A program made the position numbers and the translations under genes. The notes beneath the pieces are model-generated. The model was not told the DNA's origin and did not search any database. It was given only the letters and a program-made list of their open reading frames with translations. From Mobula hypostoma (taxonomy: Eukaryota), in the NCBI RefSeq assembly GCF_963921235.1, contig NC_086097.1, positions 49,850,001 through 49,914,000 of the forward strand: a stretch of 64,000 nucleotides of DNA, given 5' to 3'. Of the stretch, positions 1-13,729 are shown piece by piece (position 1 is the stretch's first letter; each line of letters starts with the position of its first letter).

Positions 1-907
1 CACATCCAACATATCATTCTCTGCAACTTCCACCAACTGCAAAGGGATCTTACCACCAAACAAATTTTTACCTCACCCCAACTCTCAGCTTTCTGTAGGG
101 ATCACTCCCTCCATAATTCCCTTGTTCATTTGGCCCTCCACACTGATCTCTGGCACCTACCCCTGCAAACAACAGAAATGCTACACCTGCCCATTCACTT
201 CACCCCTCACCTCCATTCAGGGTCCCAAACAGTCCTTCCAGGTGGTTCAACACTTCACATGCAAATCTGTTGGTTGCCTGCTCTATCCCATACTCCCAAT
301 GCAGATCCTTTACATTGGTGAGACCAAACATAAAAATTGGGGGACTGCTTTGTTGAGGACCTCAACTCTATCCACAAAAGTGGGATTTCCCAGTAGCCAG
401 CCAATTAAATTCCTATCCCCACTCCTGGCCTCTTCTGCTGCCATGATGAAGCCACTCTCAGGGTGAAGGAGAAACACCTCATACTTCATCTAGGTAGCCT
501 CCAACCCGATGGCATGAACATTGATTTCTGCTGGTAATTTTTTTTCTTTTATTCTATTTTCCTTTTCCTCTCCCCCCTCCTCCTCCTTCTATTTCCCTCT
601 CTGGCCTTTTACCTCTTCTTTTCACCTACCCATCACCTCCCCCAGCTGCCCCTCCTTCTTCCCTTTGGTCCACTCTCCTCTCCTATCAGATTCCTTCCTC
701 TCCAGCCCTTTACCTTTCCCACCCACCTGGCTTCACTTATCATCTTTTAGCTTGTCAAGTTCCACCCCCCCCCCACTGTTTTATTCTGGCATATCCCCCC
801 TTTCTTTCCAATCCTAATGAAGGATCTTGGCCCAAAATGTCAACTGATTATTCATATACATAGCTGCTGCCTGACTTGCTGAGTTCCTTCAGCATCGTAT
901 GTGTGTT
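1..907 (+). mobile_element. Penelope-like element 3' fragment (Cys-rich linker, frameshifted GIY-YIG endonuclease, pseudo-LTR with decayed hammerhead)
   Basis: Translation GTYPCKQQKCYTCP...FQVVQHFTC...LYIGETK and terminal LGSLQPDGMNIDF; pyrimidine-rich 3' region; decayed ribozyme CCTAATGAAGGATCTTGGCCCAAAATGTCAACTG at ~813-846. Confidence 0.8.
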
Positions 908-944
908 ACCTTTGGAAAATCTGTGATCATTTTCCCTGGAGATG

Positions 945-1215
945 TAACCTTATAGAGGTTTATAAAATTATCAGGGGCATAGATGGTCGTAATTTCTGTC
1001 CAAAGTTGGGAGAAACTAAAACTAGAAAGTAGATTTTTGATGAGAGTGGGAAAAAAATAGGATTAAATTTTAAAAATGTAGGATTAAGCTTTTCCACACT
1101 ATTGGTGAGTAGATGGACCAAACTGCCAGTGGAAGTGATAGATGTGGGTACAATTACAATGACAGGATTATGTGCTAAATATGGGCAAATGAGAATGATG
1201 TAGATAGGCATTATG
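945..1215 (+). mobile_element. Old CR1 LINE 3' fragment
   Basis: Remnant of LIEVYKIIRGID motif typical of the CR1 ORF2 C-terminus. Confidence 0.6.
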
Positions 1216-2716
1216 GCCAGCTGAAGCCATCACTTTGGTTCAGTGTTCCTTCTTTGCGTGGTCTGTCCTGGTGAACCTGTCCTATAGCCACACTATTAGA
1301 ACAAGGAAGCATCATCTGATCCTAACCCCTACTCTTGATTCTACATGAACTCAACTTTCTCTCACTATCAGAGATAATTTCTTTGTTCTGCCATTTCTCT
1401 AATACCTTCTGCGACTGATTTCATAGTCATAGAGCAATATAGCACGGAGACCGGCCCTTCAACCCAATGAGCCCATTCCGACCAGGTGCCGACACAGCTC
1501 ATCCCAGTTTCCCATGTTCAACCCACATCCTAAACCCAGCCGCTTTACTTTATACCTTCAAAATATGAATATATTTGTTAAACACTTCCTCTGTTATTAA
1601 TATATTCCTAAGATTTGCGATCTATCTCTAATATTTCCCAGCTGAGAGGAAAGCCGACCAGCAGTTTTATTAATGCTAATTAGCGGGTGTTTGATAAAAG
1701 AGAAGCCTGGGGTAACATTTCACTTTCGTTTCACTTCCCTCCCTGTGGGGAGGTAATTGACATCCTTCTACCACTTGGTCTTTATGGCATGATTAGAACA
1801 TTGAAATATATTGAATTTGTAACGTACCACACTGGTCTGTTGAGCAATGCACAGTACTATTGTAATGCCCTATGATTGTACATGTCAACTACTCTGAAGG
1901 CACCTAAAAAAAAGTTCACACTTAAATCTTGCCATAGATATTCATCCACTGCTTTTTCTGCTGATCTTTGCACATCTTGTACAGCTGGATAATGAACCAT
2001 ATATCATGCCCTAAGAATACAAATGAGCCTGAGTCTGACCGACAGCCTTTTGTCCCTTGCCAGTAGTCTGCTACTTCATGACGTGCCTTTGCTGGAAGAG
2101 GAAATAGTTAAAATCAAACACCAGCCATCAGGTTTAATATCAATCTACTGTATAGTCTAATGAATATGTTACTTTTGTAGAATTTTATATTTAAGCAAGT
2201 GTAACATTTAAAAGTTTGTGCAAAGAATTATATTTTTATACACAGACCATTAGTACCTATAAAAATGGATGAAAACTCATGTTAAATTTAAGTATTATTT
2301 AGAAATAATATCTAACTTGTTTGGGGAAAAATAAGCAAACGGTGGTCCATTTCTGTGGAACAGAAATTAAGATACCCAACAAAGTTCTTAAAAAACTATG
2401 AAGGATTTTGCTTGGGAAAACTGTTGGCTTTGTGAGATACAAGACCAAAAATGCATGATAACCACTATCACATCAGTAAAAAATTTGCTTGACTTCCAAC
2501 ATTCCATGTAGCAATGAGTATCTCATCTTTCCCTGTCCCCTACCCCCTAAAACTCTACAATAGTTTTGTCACATTTAATTAGGTTTTTTCAGTGGAACTC
2601 AATCTACTTGCTTTTTGGGCTATTGTTGCAGCTCTCAGCAAGTTACATAGGCACCACCACACAATGTAGGAGAGGAAATAGTTAATAAATAACTTCTACA
2701 AATATAATTGCACTTT

Positions 2717-3770
2717 TTGGGACAGGAACCAGAGTGAGAGGTCAGCGGTTGGAGCAGTTGCTGTAAAGTTAGATGCAATGTGGAGAGAGACTGAGGTAAA
2801 ACAGGCAGTGGATAGGGCAGAAGAGCAATCAATCGGATGGGTTGAAATGTGTCTATTTTAATGAGAGAATTATCAGGAACAAGGCCAATGAACTTGCATA
2901 GATCAGTACATGGAACTGCTATGTTACGGCTGTCATAAGGGTAGGAATGGCTGATGAATGTTCCGAAGTTTAGATGTTTCAAAATGGCTAGGGAGGGAGG
3001 TAAAAGAGGTGGGGGAGTGGCATTGCTAATCGAGGATGGTATCACAGCTGCAGAAAGGGAGGACATTGTGGAGAGATCATTTACTGAGGCAATGTGGGTG
3101 GAAGTTTGAACTAGGAAAGGAGAAATCACTATTCGGATTGTTCTATTGACCACCTAACAGTGGCAGAGACACTGAGGAGCAGATCGGGAGGCAGATTTTG
3201 AAAAGATGCAAAAACAACAGCATTGTTGTCATTGTTGACTTCAACTTCTGTAATATTAATTGGTACTTCTGTCGTGCAGAAGGTTTCGATGGAGTGGAAT
3301 TTATCTGGTGTGTCCAGGAAGTTGTGTGGCCCACTAAAGGAGAAGCCATATGGGACCTATTAGTGGACAATGAAGCTGGTCAGGTGACTGATCTATTAGT
3401 CGCTGAGCATTTCAGAGACAGTGACCACAACTCCCTGACCTTTACCATGACCTTGGACAGGAATAGAAGCAGATGGTATGAAAAAATTATTTAATGGGGG
3501 GGAATGTGTATTATGATGCTATTATGAAAGAACATTTGAGCATAAATTGAAAAAAGATGTGTTTGGAGAAATGCCCAACAGAATTATGGAGGTTGTTTAG
3601 GGAGCACAGGCATGGGGTTCTGAATAGGTTTATTCCACTGAGACAGGGAAAGAATGATAGGGTGAGGGAATTCTGGTTGACAAGAGATATGGAACATCTA
3701 GTCAAGAGGAAGAAAGAAGCACATTTCAGGTTTAGGAAGTGAGGATCATAGAGGGCTTGTGAGAGTTATA
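2717..3770 (+). mobile_element. CR1 LINE fragment (APE endonuclease region, decayed)
   Basis: Broken frames with YRPP-like remnant, VDFNFCNINW, AIWDLL and SDHNSLTF APE motifs. Confidence 0.8.
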
Positions 3771-4014
3771 CATGATAAATGAATATAGAGACAAAACATT
3801 GAGGTACATTAAGTATATACATATGTCTATTAAATAGCTGTTAAAATAAGTCGAGCAAAATAACAAAAATAAAGTAGTGAGGTAGAGTTCATGGGTTCAA
3901 TATCCATTTAGAAATTGGATGGCAGAGGGGAAGAAGCTGTTCCTGAACTGCTGAGTGTGTGCCTTCAGACTTCTGTACCTCCTTGCTAACAGTAACAGTG
4001 TGAAGAGAGCATGT
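3771..4014 (-). mobile_element. Rex1/Babar-like LINE 3' fragment
   Basis: Minus strand encodes HALFTLLLLARRYRSLKAHTQQFRNSFFPSAIQFLN, a typical Rex/Babar ORF2 terminus. Confidence 0.6.
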
Positions 4015-7000
4015 CCCCTCATGTTCCCCTTAAATCATTCACCTTTCACCTTAGCCCATGACCTCTGGTTGTAGTCCCACCCAACCTCAGTGTAAAAAGA
4101 CTGCTTGTGTTTTCTCTATCTATATCCCTCATAATATTGTGTCTTCATCTTGGGCCCTTAGGTCCCAGTGGAGCAAAGGCCATTGGTGACCTTCCTTCCC
4201 CATCACTCAAGTCGATGGTATAATTGGAGCTCAATGTTTCTGTACTCCACTGTATCCATTGTACTGCTTCACCAGAGCTGTTGGCCAGCATTACCCATTT
4301 CCACTTTTCACCATGGGGATGGAGGGTTGGACTTCTGAAAGGCAATAATTTTGTATACCTCTCGCAAATCTCCCCTCAATCTTCATCTTCCAAGGAATGA
4401 AGTCCTAACCTATTCAATCTTATAACTAAGGTCCTCCAGCAGAATCTTTGTAAATTTTCTCTGTACTCTTTCAACCTTACTTGCATCTTTCCTGTAGGTA
4501 GGTGACCAAAACTGCGCACAATACTCCAAATTAGGCCTCACCAGCGTCTCATACAACTTCAACATAACATCCCATCTCCTGTCAATACTTTGATTTAAGA
4601 AGGTCAATGTGACAAAAGCATTCTTTACGACCCTATCTACTTGTGACACTACTTTCAAAAAATTATGGACCTGTATTCCAAGATCCCTTTGTTCTACCAC
4701 ACTCCCCAGTGCCGCACCATTCACTGTGTAAGACCTACCCTGGTTGATCCTACTGAAGTGTGACACCTCACACTTATCTACATTAAATTGCATCTGCTAT
4801 TTTTCAGTCGATTTTTCTAACTAGTCCAGATCTCGCTGCAAGCTCTGATAGTCTTTCTTGCTGTCCACTACACCCACAAAATTGGAGGTCACAGACCTCC
4901 AGTCAGAGAGACAACCATCTACTACCACTCTCTGGCTTCTCCCAAAAAGCCAATTTACTTCCCCATCTTGAATGCCAAGCAACTGAACCTTCAACCTCCT
5001 AATGGGACTTTGTTAAGTGCCTTGCTAAAGTCCACGTAAACAACATCTACTGCCTTGCCTTCATCAACATTCCTGGTAACTTCCTCAAAAAACTCTTGGT
5101 TAGATGCACAAAGCCATGCTGACTATCCCTAATCAGTCCATGTCTATCCATGTACTCACGTCTGGTTCCTTAGAATACCTTGCAAAAACTTTCCCACTGC
5201 TGATGTCAGGCTCACCGGCTTATAATTTCCTGGTTTATTTTTAGAGGTTCTCTTAAACAGCAGAACATTGGCTATCCTCCAATCCTCTGGTACCCTACTT
5301 GTCACTAAGGATGATTTAAATATTTCTGCTAGAGCCCCTGCAGGATCCAAGGGAACACTTTGTCTGGGGATTTATCCATCCTAATTTGCCTCCAGACAGA
5401 AAACACTGTAATCTCTAAAGGGTCCATGAACTCGCTGCTGCTTTGCCTCACTTCTATGGACTAAGTCCATCTCTTGAGTAAGTACAAAAGAAAAAAAAAT
5501 CTATTTACGATCTCCCCCATTTCTTATGGCTCCATTCTGATTCTCCAGAGGACCAATTTTGTGCCTTGCAATCTTTTTGCTCTTAAGAACTACTTCACCT
5601 TGTCAGCTACGGCAACCTCATGTCGTCTTTTAGCCTTCCTGATTTCTTTCTTAAGTGTTCTCTTGCATTTATTATACTCCATAAGCACCTCATTTGTTCC
5701 TACCTGCCTATACCTACTAAGCACCTTTTTTTTCTTAACCAGAGCCTCAAAACCCAAAGTTCCATAAGCATGTTATCTTTACCTTTTAGTCTGACAGGCT
5801 CATATAAACTTTGTACTCCCAAAATTACACTTTTGAAGGCCTCCCAAGTACACCTTTGCCAGAAAACAGCTTGTCAGAGCCTTTCCTATACCATCAAAAT
5901 AGGGTTTTCTCCAATTTAGAATCTCAACCTATATAGCAGACCTATCTTTTTCCATATTTACTTTGAAACTAATGATATTATGATCACTAGATGTAAAATG
6001 TTCCCCTACACAAACTTCTGTCACCTACCCTGTCTCATTCCCTATTAGGAGATCAAGTATTGCACACACTCTCATTGGGACTTCTATGACCTGATTAAGG
6101 AAACACTCCTGAACACATTTGACAAACTCTGTTGCATCTAGTCCTTTGGCAGTATGGAAGTCCCAATCAATATGTAGAAAGATAAAATCACCTACTATAA
6201 CAATCTCAAACAAGAGAAAATCTGCAGATGCTGGAAATCTGAGCAACACACACAAAGTGCTGGAGGAACTCAGCAGGCCAGGTAGCATCTAGGAAAAGAG
6301 TATAGTCGACATTTCAGCCCAAAACATAGCCTGTACTCTTTTCCTAGATGCTGCCTGGCCTGATGAATTCCTCCAGCAATTTCTGTATGTTGCTACTTTC
6401 ACAACCTATGTTTCTTGCAACAGTCTGCGAATCTCTACAGATTTGTTCCTCTAAATCCCACAGACTGTTGGGTGGTTTATAATATAACCCCATTAATGGG
6501 GTCATATCTTTCTTATTCCTCAGTTCCACCCATAAAGACGCACTAGATGAGTTCTCCAGTCTGTCCTGACTGAGCACTGTCATGATAATTCCCTGACTAG
6601 TGAGGCCACCCTTCCTCTTTTAATCCTTCCTACTCTGTCACATCTAAAACAACAGAACCCTGGAATATACAGCTGCCAGTCCTGCCCCTCCTGTAACTAA
6701 GTCTCACTGATACAGTAACTACATATCATAATTCCATGCCCTGAGCTCACCTACCTTTCCTACGATACTTCTTGCATTGAAACATATGCAGCTCAGGACA
6801 TTATTTGCACCATGCTCAACCTTTTGATTCCTGACTTTGTCTGAAGTCTTATAAACATCTGTATTCACAACCTTTCCACTATCTGTTCAGGCACTCTAGT
6901 TCCCATTCCCCTGAAACTCTAGTTTAAACCCCCCCCTTCCCCCAGTGCCGCGCTAGCAAACTTTCCCACTGGGATATTAGACCCCTCCAGTTCAGGTGCC

Positions 7001-7372
7001 AACTGTCTCTTCCGTACAGGTCCCACTTTCCCTGGAAGAGTGGCCAATGATACAAAAATCCTATGCCCTCCCTCCTTCCCTAACTCCTTAGCCACGTGTT
7101 CAACTGTATGATCTTCCTGTTTCTGGCCTCACTACCACGTGGCATGGGTAGCAATCCTGAGATCACAACTCTGGAGGTTCTAACCTTTAAGTTAGCACAT
7201 AACTCCCTGAACTCATTTTGTAGAACCTTGCCACTCATCCTATCTAAATCATTGGTATCTACATGGACCACAACCTCTGGTTCCTCACCCTCCCATTTAA
7301 GAATGCTAAAGACTCAATCTGAGATGACCCTGACCTTGACACCGGGAGGCAGCAGACCATCTGGGAATCCAG
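4015..7372 (-). mobile_element. Long decayed CR1 LINE (ORF1 esterase, APE endonuclease, RT, 3' end) with internal insertions
   Basis: ORF1 SGNH-esterase-like VHVDTNDL..RVVISGLLP (7080-7271); endonuclease YKPPNS, GDF..HIDW (6025-6583); RT VPEDWRIANV..PGNYKPVSLTS (5156-5350); QFNVDKC..LVRPNLEYCAQFWSP (4410-4793). Confidence 0.9.
6208..6392. mobile_element. Miniature fold-back Penelope pseudo-LTR insertion inside CR1
   Basis: Inverted arms (GCTGGAGGAACTCAGCAGGCCAGGTAGCATCTAGGAAAAGAGTA / TACTCTTTTCCTAGATGCTGCCTGGCCTGATGAATTCCTCCAGC); imperfect 15-bp TSD at 6192-6206 and 6393-6407. Confidence 0.75.
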
Positions 7373-7709
7373 AATAACCAACATCTGCAGTGTTTTGATT
7401 TTGTGAAGATTATACTGTACATTAGGATGTGTTATGTCTATTGCATTGTCCCTACAATCTCAAATTTACTTATTCCTACACAGGTTAAATGCTCCATTAT
7501 ATATGTATTCAGTGTAGCATGAATTGAAAACATATTCAGTGGTGATGTCATATTTATCCAATCTCAAACCGGACATTGATAATTTAATCTGTTAAACATT
7601 AATTCAACTTCTCTTTTACAAGCACAGAAGACGGAGAAAGCTAATGATATTACTACTAATCCTCATTTTAAAGGGTTGTTAACTACTAAATTGTTTATAC
7701 TATTTTAAA

Positions 7710-8024
7710 GGTTTCAAAGGTACATTTAATGTCAGAGAAATGTATACAATATACATCCTGAAATGCTTTTTCTTTGCAACCATCCACGAAAAGAGGAGTG
7801 CCCCAAAGAATGAACGACAGTTAAATATTAGAATCCCAAAGTCTCCCCCAGCTCCCCTCCCTCCCGCGCGTAAGCGGCAGCAAGCACAATCCCCTCTTCC
7901 TCCACCGGCAAAAAAAAGCATCGGCACCTGTCAGCGAGCACTCAAGCGTGAGCAAAAGCAACAGTAAAGACACAGACTCGCAGTACTGCAAAGACTATAT
8001 TGTTCACTCAGCATTCGACATATC

Positions 8025-8060
<36 letters not shown>

Positions 8061-8110
8061 TCCCTCCCTCCCTCCCTCCAATAAGGGAGAAAGAGATGTC
8101 TCCGTTTCAG
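7710..8110 (-). mobile_element. Non-coding retroelement fragment with Rex/Babar-type 3' tail and internal (CT)n
   Basis: TTCAAAGGTACATTTAATGTCAGAG terminus resembles termini at ~25684, ~26521 and ~37660; (CT)n at ~8029-8056. Confidence 0.45.
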
Positions 8111-8239
8111 TAAAAAAGACTCTTAGATGTTTATTAGTTAGCGATAAGTCAAAATGATTGATAACATACAGACAAACAGATATTTGATATAACGTTTCTT
8201 AGAAGAGAATGTTTTTAGTATTCTTAATTTACACCAGGG

Positions 8240-8465
8240 CAACAAACAGGCCCTTCCGGTCCAACAAGTTCACCCTGCCCAATTACACCTTCGTGACCAA
8301 TTAACCTAGTCACTCGTACGTCTTTGGAATGTGGGAGGAAACCAGAGCACCTGGAGGAAACCCATGCAGTCACAGGGAGAACATACAGACTCCTTACAGG
8401 CAGCAACAGGAATAGAACGCAGGTTGCTGGCGCTGCAATAGCATTTTGCTGATATGCTGCCCTAT
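8240..8465 (-). mobile_element. V-domain tRNA-derived SINE
   Basis: Reverse complement of the core GTATGTTCTCCCTGTGACTGCATGGGTTTCCTCCAGGTGCTCTGGTTTCCTCCCACATTCCAAAGAC shared with other copies. Confidence 0.75.
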
Positions 8466-8799
8466 TGCTCATAGAACTGCATTAGCGTTTAACGAGCTCA
8501 CTGGTCCCACGGAAATTCCAAAATCCCAGGCCTAGCTGTTGAAAGAATACTTTTAGCATATACAGTGATTTGGAAACCAATTAATAACCAGCTATCTAAA
8601 ATTAAAATTTGTAATGTATGGTCAGAGAATGAATTTAAAAATTGCAATGTAAAACAAAATATATATGTTGCAAAATTGACACTAAAATGTAACACCTACT
8701 ACAACTCATAATCATCACTTAGAATGAGTTACAGCAAGGGAGTGGGCCCTTCAGTTGACCATGTTGGCCTACATTTTATCCATAGCCCTCTAAAATTGG

Positions 8800-10720
8800 T
8801 TCTCAAGTTTTTGAATTACTGCCCCCTTGGCTCCCAGACCACTCTCCTTTCTGGCCATTACGTAAAAACTATAGAGAATTTTGATTTACAATGCACAGTG
8901 AAAGAAAATAGAAACTGCAAATTCAATGCAGTGATAAATAGTTGCAAAAATTATTTCTTTAATTACAGCAAAAACTTTCAGCAACAATTTTAGAGTGTAC
9001 ATTAGTAGACCAACTACTCAGTCCATCGCTTCGTCACCTTTCAATGAGATGGTGGGTTTGGTGCAGTGATACCAGCTTCTCAACACCAGGCTGATTGTCA
9101 CTCAGAAGGAGTCTCAAATCTCCTCGTTCAGTAACTTGCATGCTGTTTTGTTGCTTCGAAAGAAGTTGGGCAACTGCACTGAAACTGCGCTCCACTGAAT
9201 ATGATGCTGGAAAGGCAATAAAGAACATCTTGACTTTTTTCTACAGTGCAGGTTGGTGTTCAGAAATTTCTTTCTGGAACTGAAAATCCTGACATGATTT
9301 TTTTTTTAATCCTTGGCTTCAGATCAGTCATTTTGTAGTGAGATCAGTTCTTCCTCCATCCTTCCAGCTAATTCCTTATTACAAGTGTTCATGAATGGAT
9401 TTATTACCCAATTTGGAATTTGGACCAAGTGATGATCCTGAAACTTCTCTGACATGTCTTTATGTAGCTCACCCAGGTGGACACATTATACTTGAAGATC
9501 ATCATCTGATATTCTTTCTTTCTCTTCCAGCTCAGAGGTTCAGAAATTAGAAAAGTTTGTGATAGCCTATGTTGCACTTAAATAGGGTTAACTTAGAAAT
9601 GTGGAGATGACTGATCTGACTTTGATAAGATTCAAATTAATCTTCAGTTTCAAGGAAATAATTTCATTAAGCCCAAAATATTGACGTCCCTATTTGTATC
9701 TTTTTCTAGTCCCCCTGCAAATTGAACCCCTCTGTTTGTCAGGGTCGACTATGGATGTTGTGTCCCAGCCGTCTATGTGATACACAAGCCAGGGCAATAC
9801 GATATGGAGAGCAAGCTGTTGCCCATGTAGCAGGCTTCTCCTCTCCACACAGCTGATGACTCCAAAATGAACTGTGGAGATCCACTACAATTTGGCACCA
9901 GATGCATTGCAGGAGTTGCCAGTCAGTATTGAACTTCCGTATTATTCAGGGTTTACTCCCAAAGGCTTCCCCGCTGCCACAAGGCAGTGGAGGTTTGAGA
10001 TCAGAGATTTCCTTCTCCTAGGGAAGCTGTCAACCACAGCTGGGGAGCTCCGTCTGTCCAAAGTGACTGGTTTTAAAGTGCCAGTAATGTGCCTTTGCCC
10101 CCTCTGTCAGTAGTAACGGTTCTGCCGGGCTTAGTAGCTAATCCACACATGAAGGTCAGGAGCTGGACTTGGTTGTCAGAGGCTATTTGAGATGCATGCT
10201 ATTGGAAGTATTTAATAGGTAGTAGGAGCTTATCCCTATTACCACCTTGCAAATAACAACTTTTGAACCATCTTTTATGAAGTGAACATAACCAAGAAAC
10301 AAAGATTCATTTCTTGTCAAAGTTGACTTATCCAACACCAGAGCAAATTCTGTTGTCCTAAATATGTTGCACAATGTGTCTTCCGCATTCTCAGACATTG
10401 CATCTATTTGTCTTTGAACAGAGTCACCGCTTAGTGGAATCACTTTAATTATTTAATTTGTTAACTTATGCAAAACTGTGCTCAGAACCTCCCTTACTGT
10501 TGGCAGAATCAGTTCTTCTCCAATTGTATGTGGCTTTTCAGATTTAACAATGAGCAATGAAAAGTTGCATGAAGCAAGCAAACCATCACTGTTTTGTTAT
10601 GAAGTGCTGACAAACATGTTTGAAGTGTTTTCCGTTTCTGAAAGTTTTCACAATGTGATTGAAAACAAGCCAAGTTCTTATTCACTTTATCAAAGTACAT
10701 TCTCTTCAAATGTTCAAGGA
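8800..10720 (-). mobile_element. hAT (Charlie/Buster-like) transposase fossil, internally deleted and interrupted
   Basis: Minus-strand IPLSGDSVQRQIDAMSEN..FALVLDKST (first catalytic D region) and C-terminal FPASYSVERSFSAV..RGDLRLLLS dimerisation motif; many stops and frameshifts; ends not resolved. Confidence 0.8.
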
Positions 10721-11264
10721 GCCTTCAATTGCAGTCAAGACCTCTTGAAAGGGCAGATTTTGAACCTTACCCCATTGAACACCATACCCTATTTCACAGG
10801 AAATAGGTCACAGGAACTGCATCACTGTATGATTAGACTAAGGGAATCATACTAGCTAACACTGTACTACGGTAGCGAATGGCAATAATGTGTGGGCCAG
10901 GCCCAGAAACAACATGATTTCTTCAGTCCAGATTTCTCATGATACGCCAAATGCAGAAGTGTCACATTGCTTTTCAAAAACTATAACATGCTTCGAGCAA
11001 AGTCAATCAGAGCGGTGGTTAGCAAGAGATGAGGTGGTTATGCGATTATTGTATGCCTTATGAATGTTTAAACCTTGGCCTCTTTGCTTCAGGGAAAACA
11101 GTCCTTGCATATCCAATCTCTCCTTCTAAACTCAAGCCATCCTGTCTCTGTAACACCTTTGCAAATCTTTTCTGTACCCTCTCTTATCCAACTACATTAC
11201 GGAAACCATAACTGCACCCAATATTCCAGGGGCAGTCTTTTCAATGTTCTACACAACTGTAACT

Positions 11265-11710
11265 ATAAGAAAGACTGGATCGACTAGGCTTATATACTTG
11301 CTGGAATTTAGAAGATTGAGGGGGATCTTATTGAAACGTATAAAATTCTAAAGGGATTGGACAGGCTAGATGCAGGAAGATTGTTCCCGATGTTGGGGAA
11401 GTCCAGAATGAGGGGTCACAGTTTAAGGATACAGGGGAAGTCTTTTAGGACCGAGATGAGGAAAAACTACTTCACACAGAGAGTGGTGAATCTGTGGAAT
11501 TGTCTGCCACAGGAAACAGTTGAGGCTAGTTCATTGGCTATATTTAAGAGGGAGTTAGATATGGCCCTTGTGGCTAAAGGGTTCGGGGGTATGGAGAGAA
11601 GGCAGGTACAGGGTTCTGAGTTGGATGATCAGCCATGATCATACTGAATGGCAGTGCAGGCTTGAAGGGCCGAATGGCCTACTCCTGCACTTATTTTCTA
11701 TGTTTCTATG
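11265..11710 (+). mobile_element. CR1 LINE 3' end nested in an older minus-strand CR1 (~11090-12080)
   Basis: GLDRLDAGRLFP..RGHSLRI..FRTEMRKNYFTQRVVNLWN; TTTCTATG repeat tail at ~11695-11710. Confidence 0.85.
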
Positions 11711-13729
11711 TAACATGGCTTCCCAACTCTTGTAGTCAGTATTCCATGTAACAAAGGCAAACATGCTTGCAAACTGCCGCCACTATTTTGCCAACCTGTG
11801 TCAAAACTTCAGTGAACTACGTACTTGTATCAACACACATCAAAGTTCCAGGTGATTATGCTCCACAACTCTCCCCGAGGGTCCTCTTGTTCACTGTATA
11901 TGTCTTGTTCTGTTTAAATTTCAAAAATGCATAACTTCACTCTTTTCTGAAATAAATTCCTTTGCCCACTTTCCCCAATTGATCCGGATCCCGTTGTAAT
12001 CTTAGACAACATTCTTCACTGCTACACCACCAATTTTGGTGTCACTTGCAGACTTGCAAATCATGCCACGTACATTCTCATCCAAATCATTAATATATAC
12101 TTTCAGTAAATATTTATTCTTTTCCTCACTATCTGAAAAATCTAATAGCTCACATTCAGCAGTTAAATTTTCTCTCCACAATTAGTTGTCTAATTTTATT
12201 AATTACATTTATGTATTCTCTTCAAAGTTTGTTCCAAACTAACTCTCTTCAAACTGAGGTGATATGAGCTAATTCCTTAGCTTAAGATAGTTTTCACCTT
12301 GCCTGCTTGTACTCAGCTCATTTTTCCAAAATTATTTGGAAGAGTTTATAGATGAAAATATTTAGAATAGACTAAATAATAGATGAAATACCTGCAGCAT
12401 ACCTTGTGCTGCTTTCTATAAAATATCAAAAAGTGCATTTATTGTTCATTATCCCAAACTCAACTTTTTTCTGTAAATCATAAATTGGAATGTTTGTGAC
12501 TGCAGTATCAAGTTCCATTATTGATTCTAACACTTACCCCAAAAGAGGTGTTAGATTGACTGATTGGGAAAATTCAGATATTCTCCCTCTCCTGTCACAC
12601 TAATTTACCCACAAAAACAGTTTGAACATTTTTGTCTCAAAGTATCTGAACTAAATATTTTAACTCACAGTAAATTAAAACAGTTCAGGGACTGTTCAGG
12701 GATTCAAGTCACTTAAATCAAACATGTTGGCTTTAGAGATTCTGCTTCCCACGTGGTGTTCTCGAAAGAGTGCTGCAATTAGGCACTGAATGAGACACCT
12801 CGCACTTCTCCAGTAACACATGACTCTCCCTTTTTAATACATTACCAGGTGAAACTTCATGACATCACCACAGGAAACTGTGGCTACCCAAACAAACCAG
12901 TAAGTCCTAAACTACCACTAACAAGCAGTTTTTTTAAAAAAACAACTCCCGTGCTTTAAGGCATTTTTACGTGCATGGTTGTTATTTTACTGTACATTGG
13001 GGTTATTTATCATTGTACTGCGTCTCTTAAATGAATAATATTTTATTATACATTGTTTAATTCGGCTTTGTTTCTATTTACTTCGGGAAGTACATTTCCC
13101 TGTATCAACCTCACACTCCTCGCTCCCCATCTATTTTATAATATGCAGGTCTATAGCGCAAATTTAATTTGTATGTGTTTGAGGTCATATTCTTCGCCAC
13201 ACATCTAATTTTCTGAAGTTGTGACCTCAAGTGAATAACGTACGCTACAATTTTTGGAAATTTAATTTCAGGGTAGGATTTATTTTAAGACAAATGTTCA
13301 GTCTAAAATAAGACAAAGAAGGTTCAACAGAGGTACCTCTGTTCTGTACGATTATGAGAGAAAATACGGAAGTCATTATTATATGTATATTTGGCTCTTT
13401 CACACAGGAGTGCCAGAAATCTAAAGTTTGACTGCTTTAGAGCACGCTAAACTGTAAGAGCACAGGCGCATATCCCCGTCCCGTTTGCAGGGTGGGAACA
13501 CGCTCCACTTCCCACCTTGTTATGGGATTTCACACCGGCGACTGGACTCCGTAATAGGGCTGATCTAATATTTTTAAAATTAAGTACGAATTGTTATTTA
13601 AATAGTTCCGTAATGTTAGAAATCAAAGAGCTGATAATATTTTATATTAAACACCTATCGTCTGAAATAATGTACGTACACTAGAACTATTTATTAATCG
13701 AGCGCCTCTGCTCTGTGCTTCGCAAAAGG

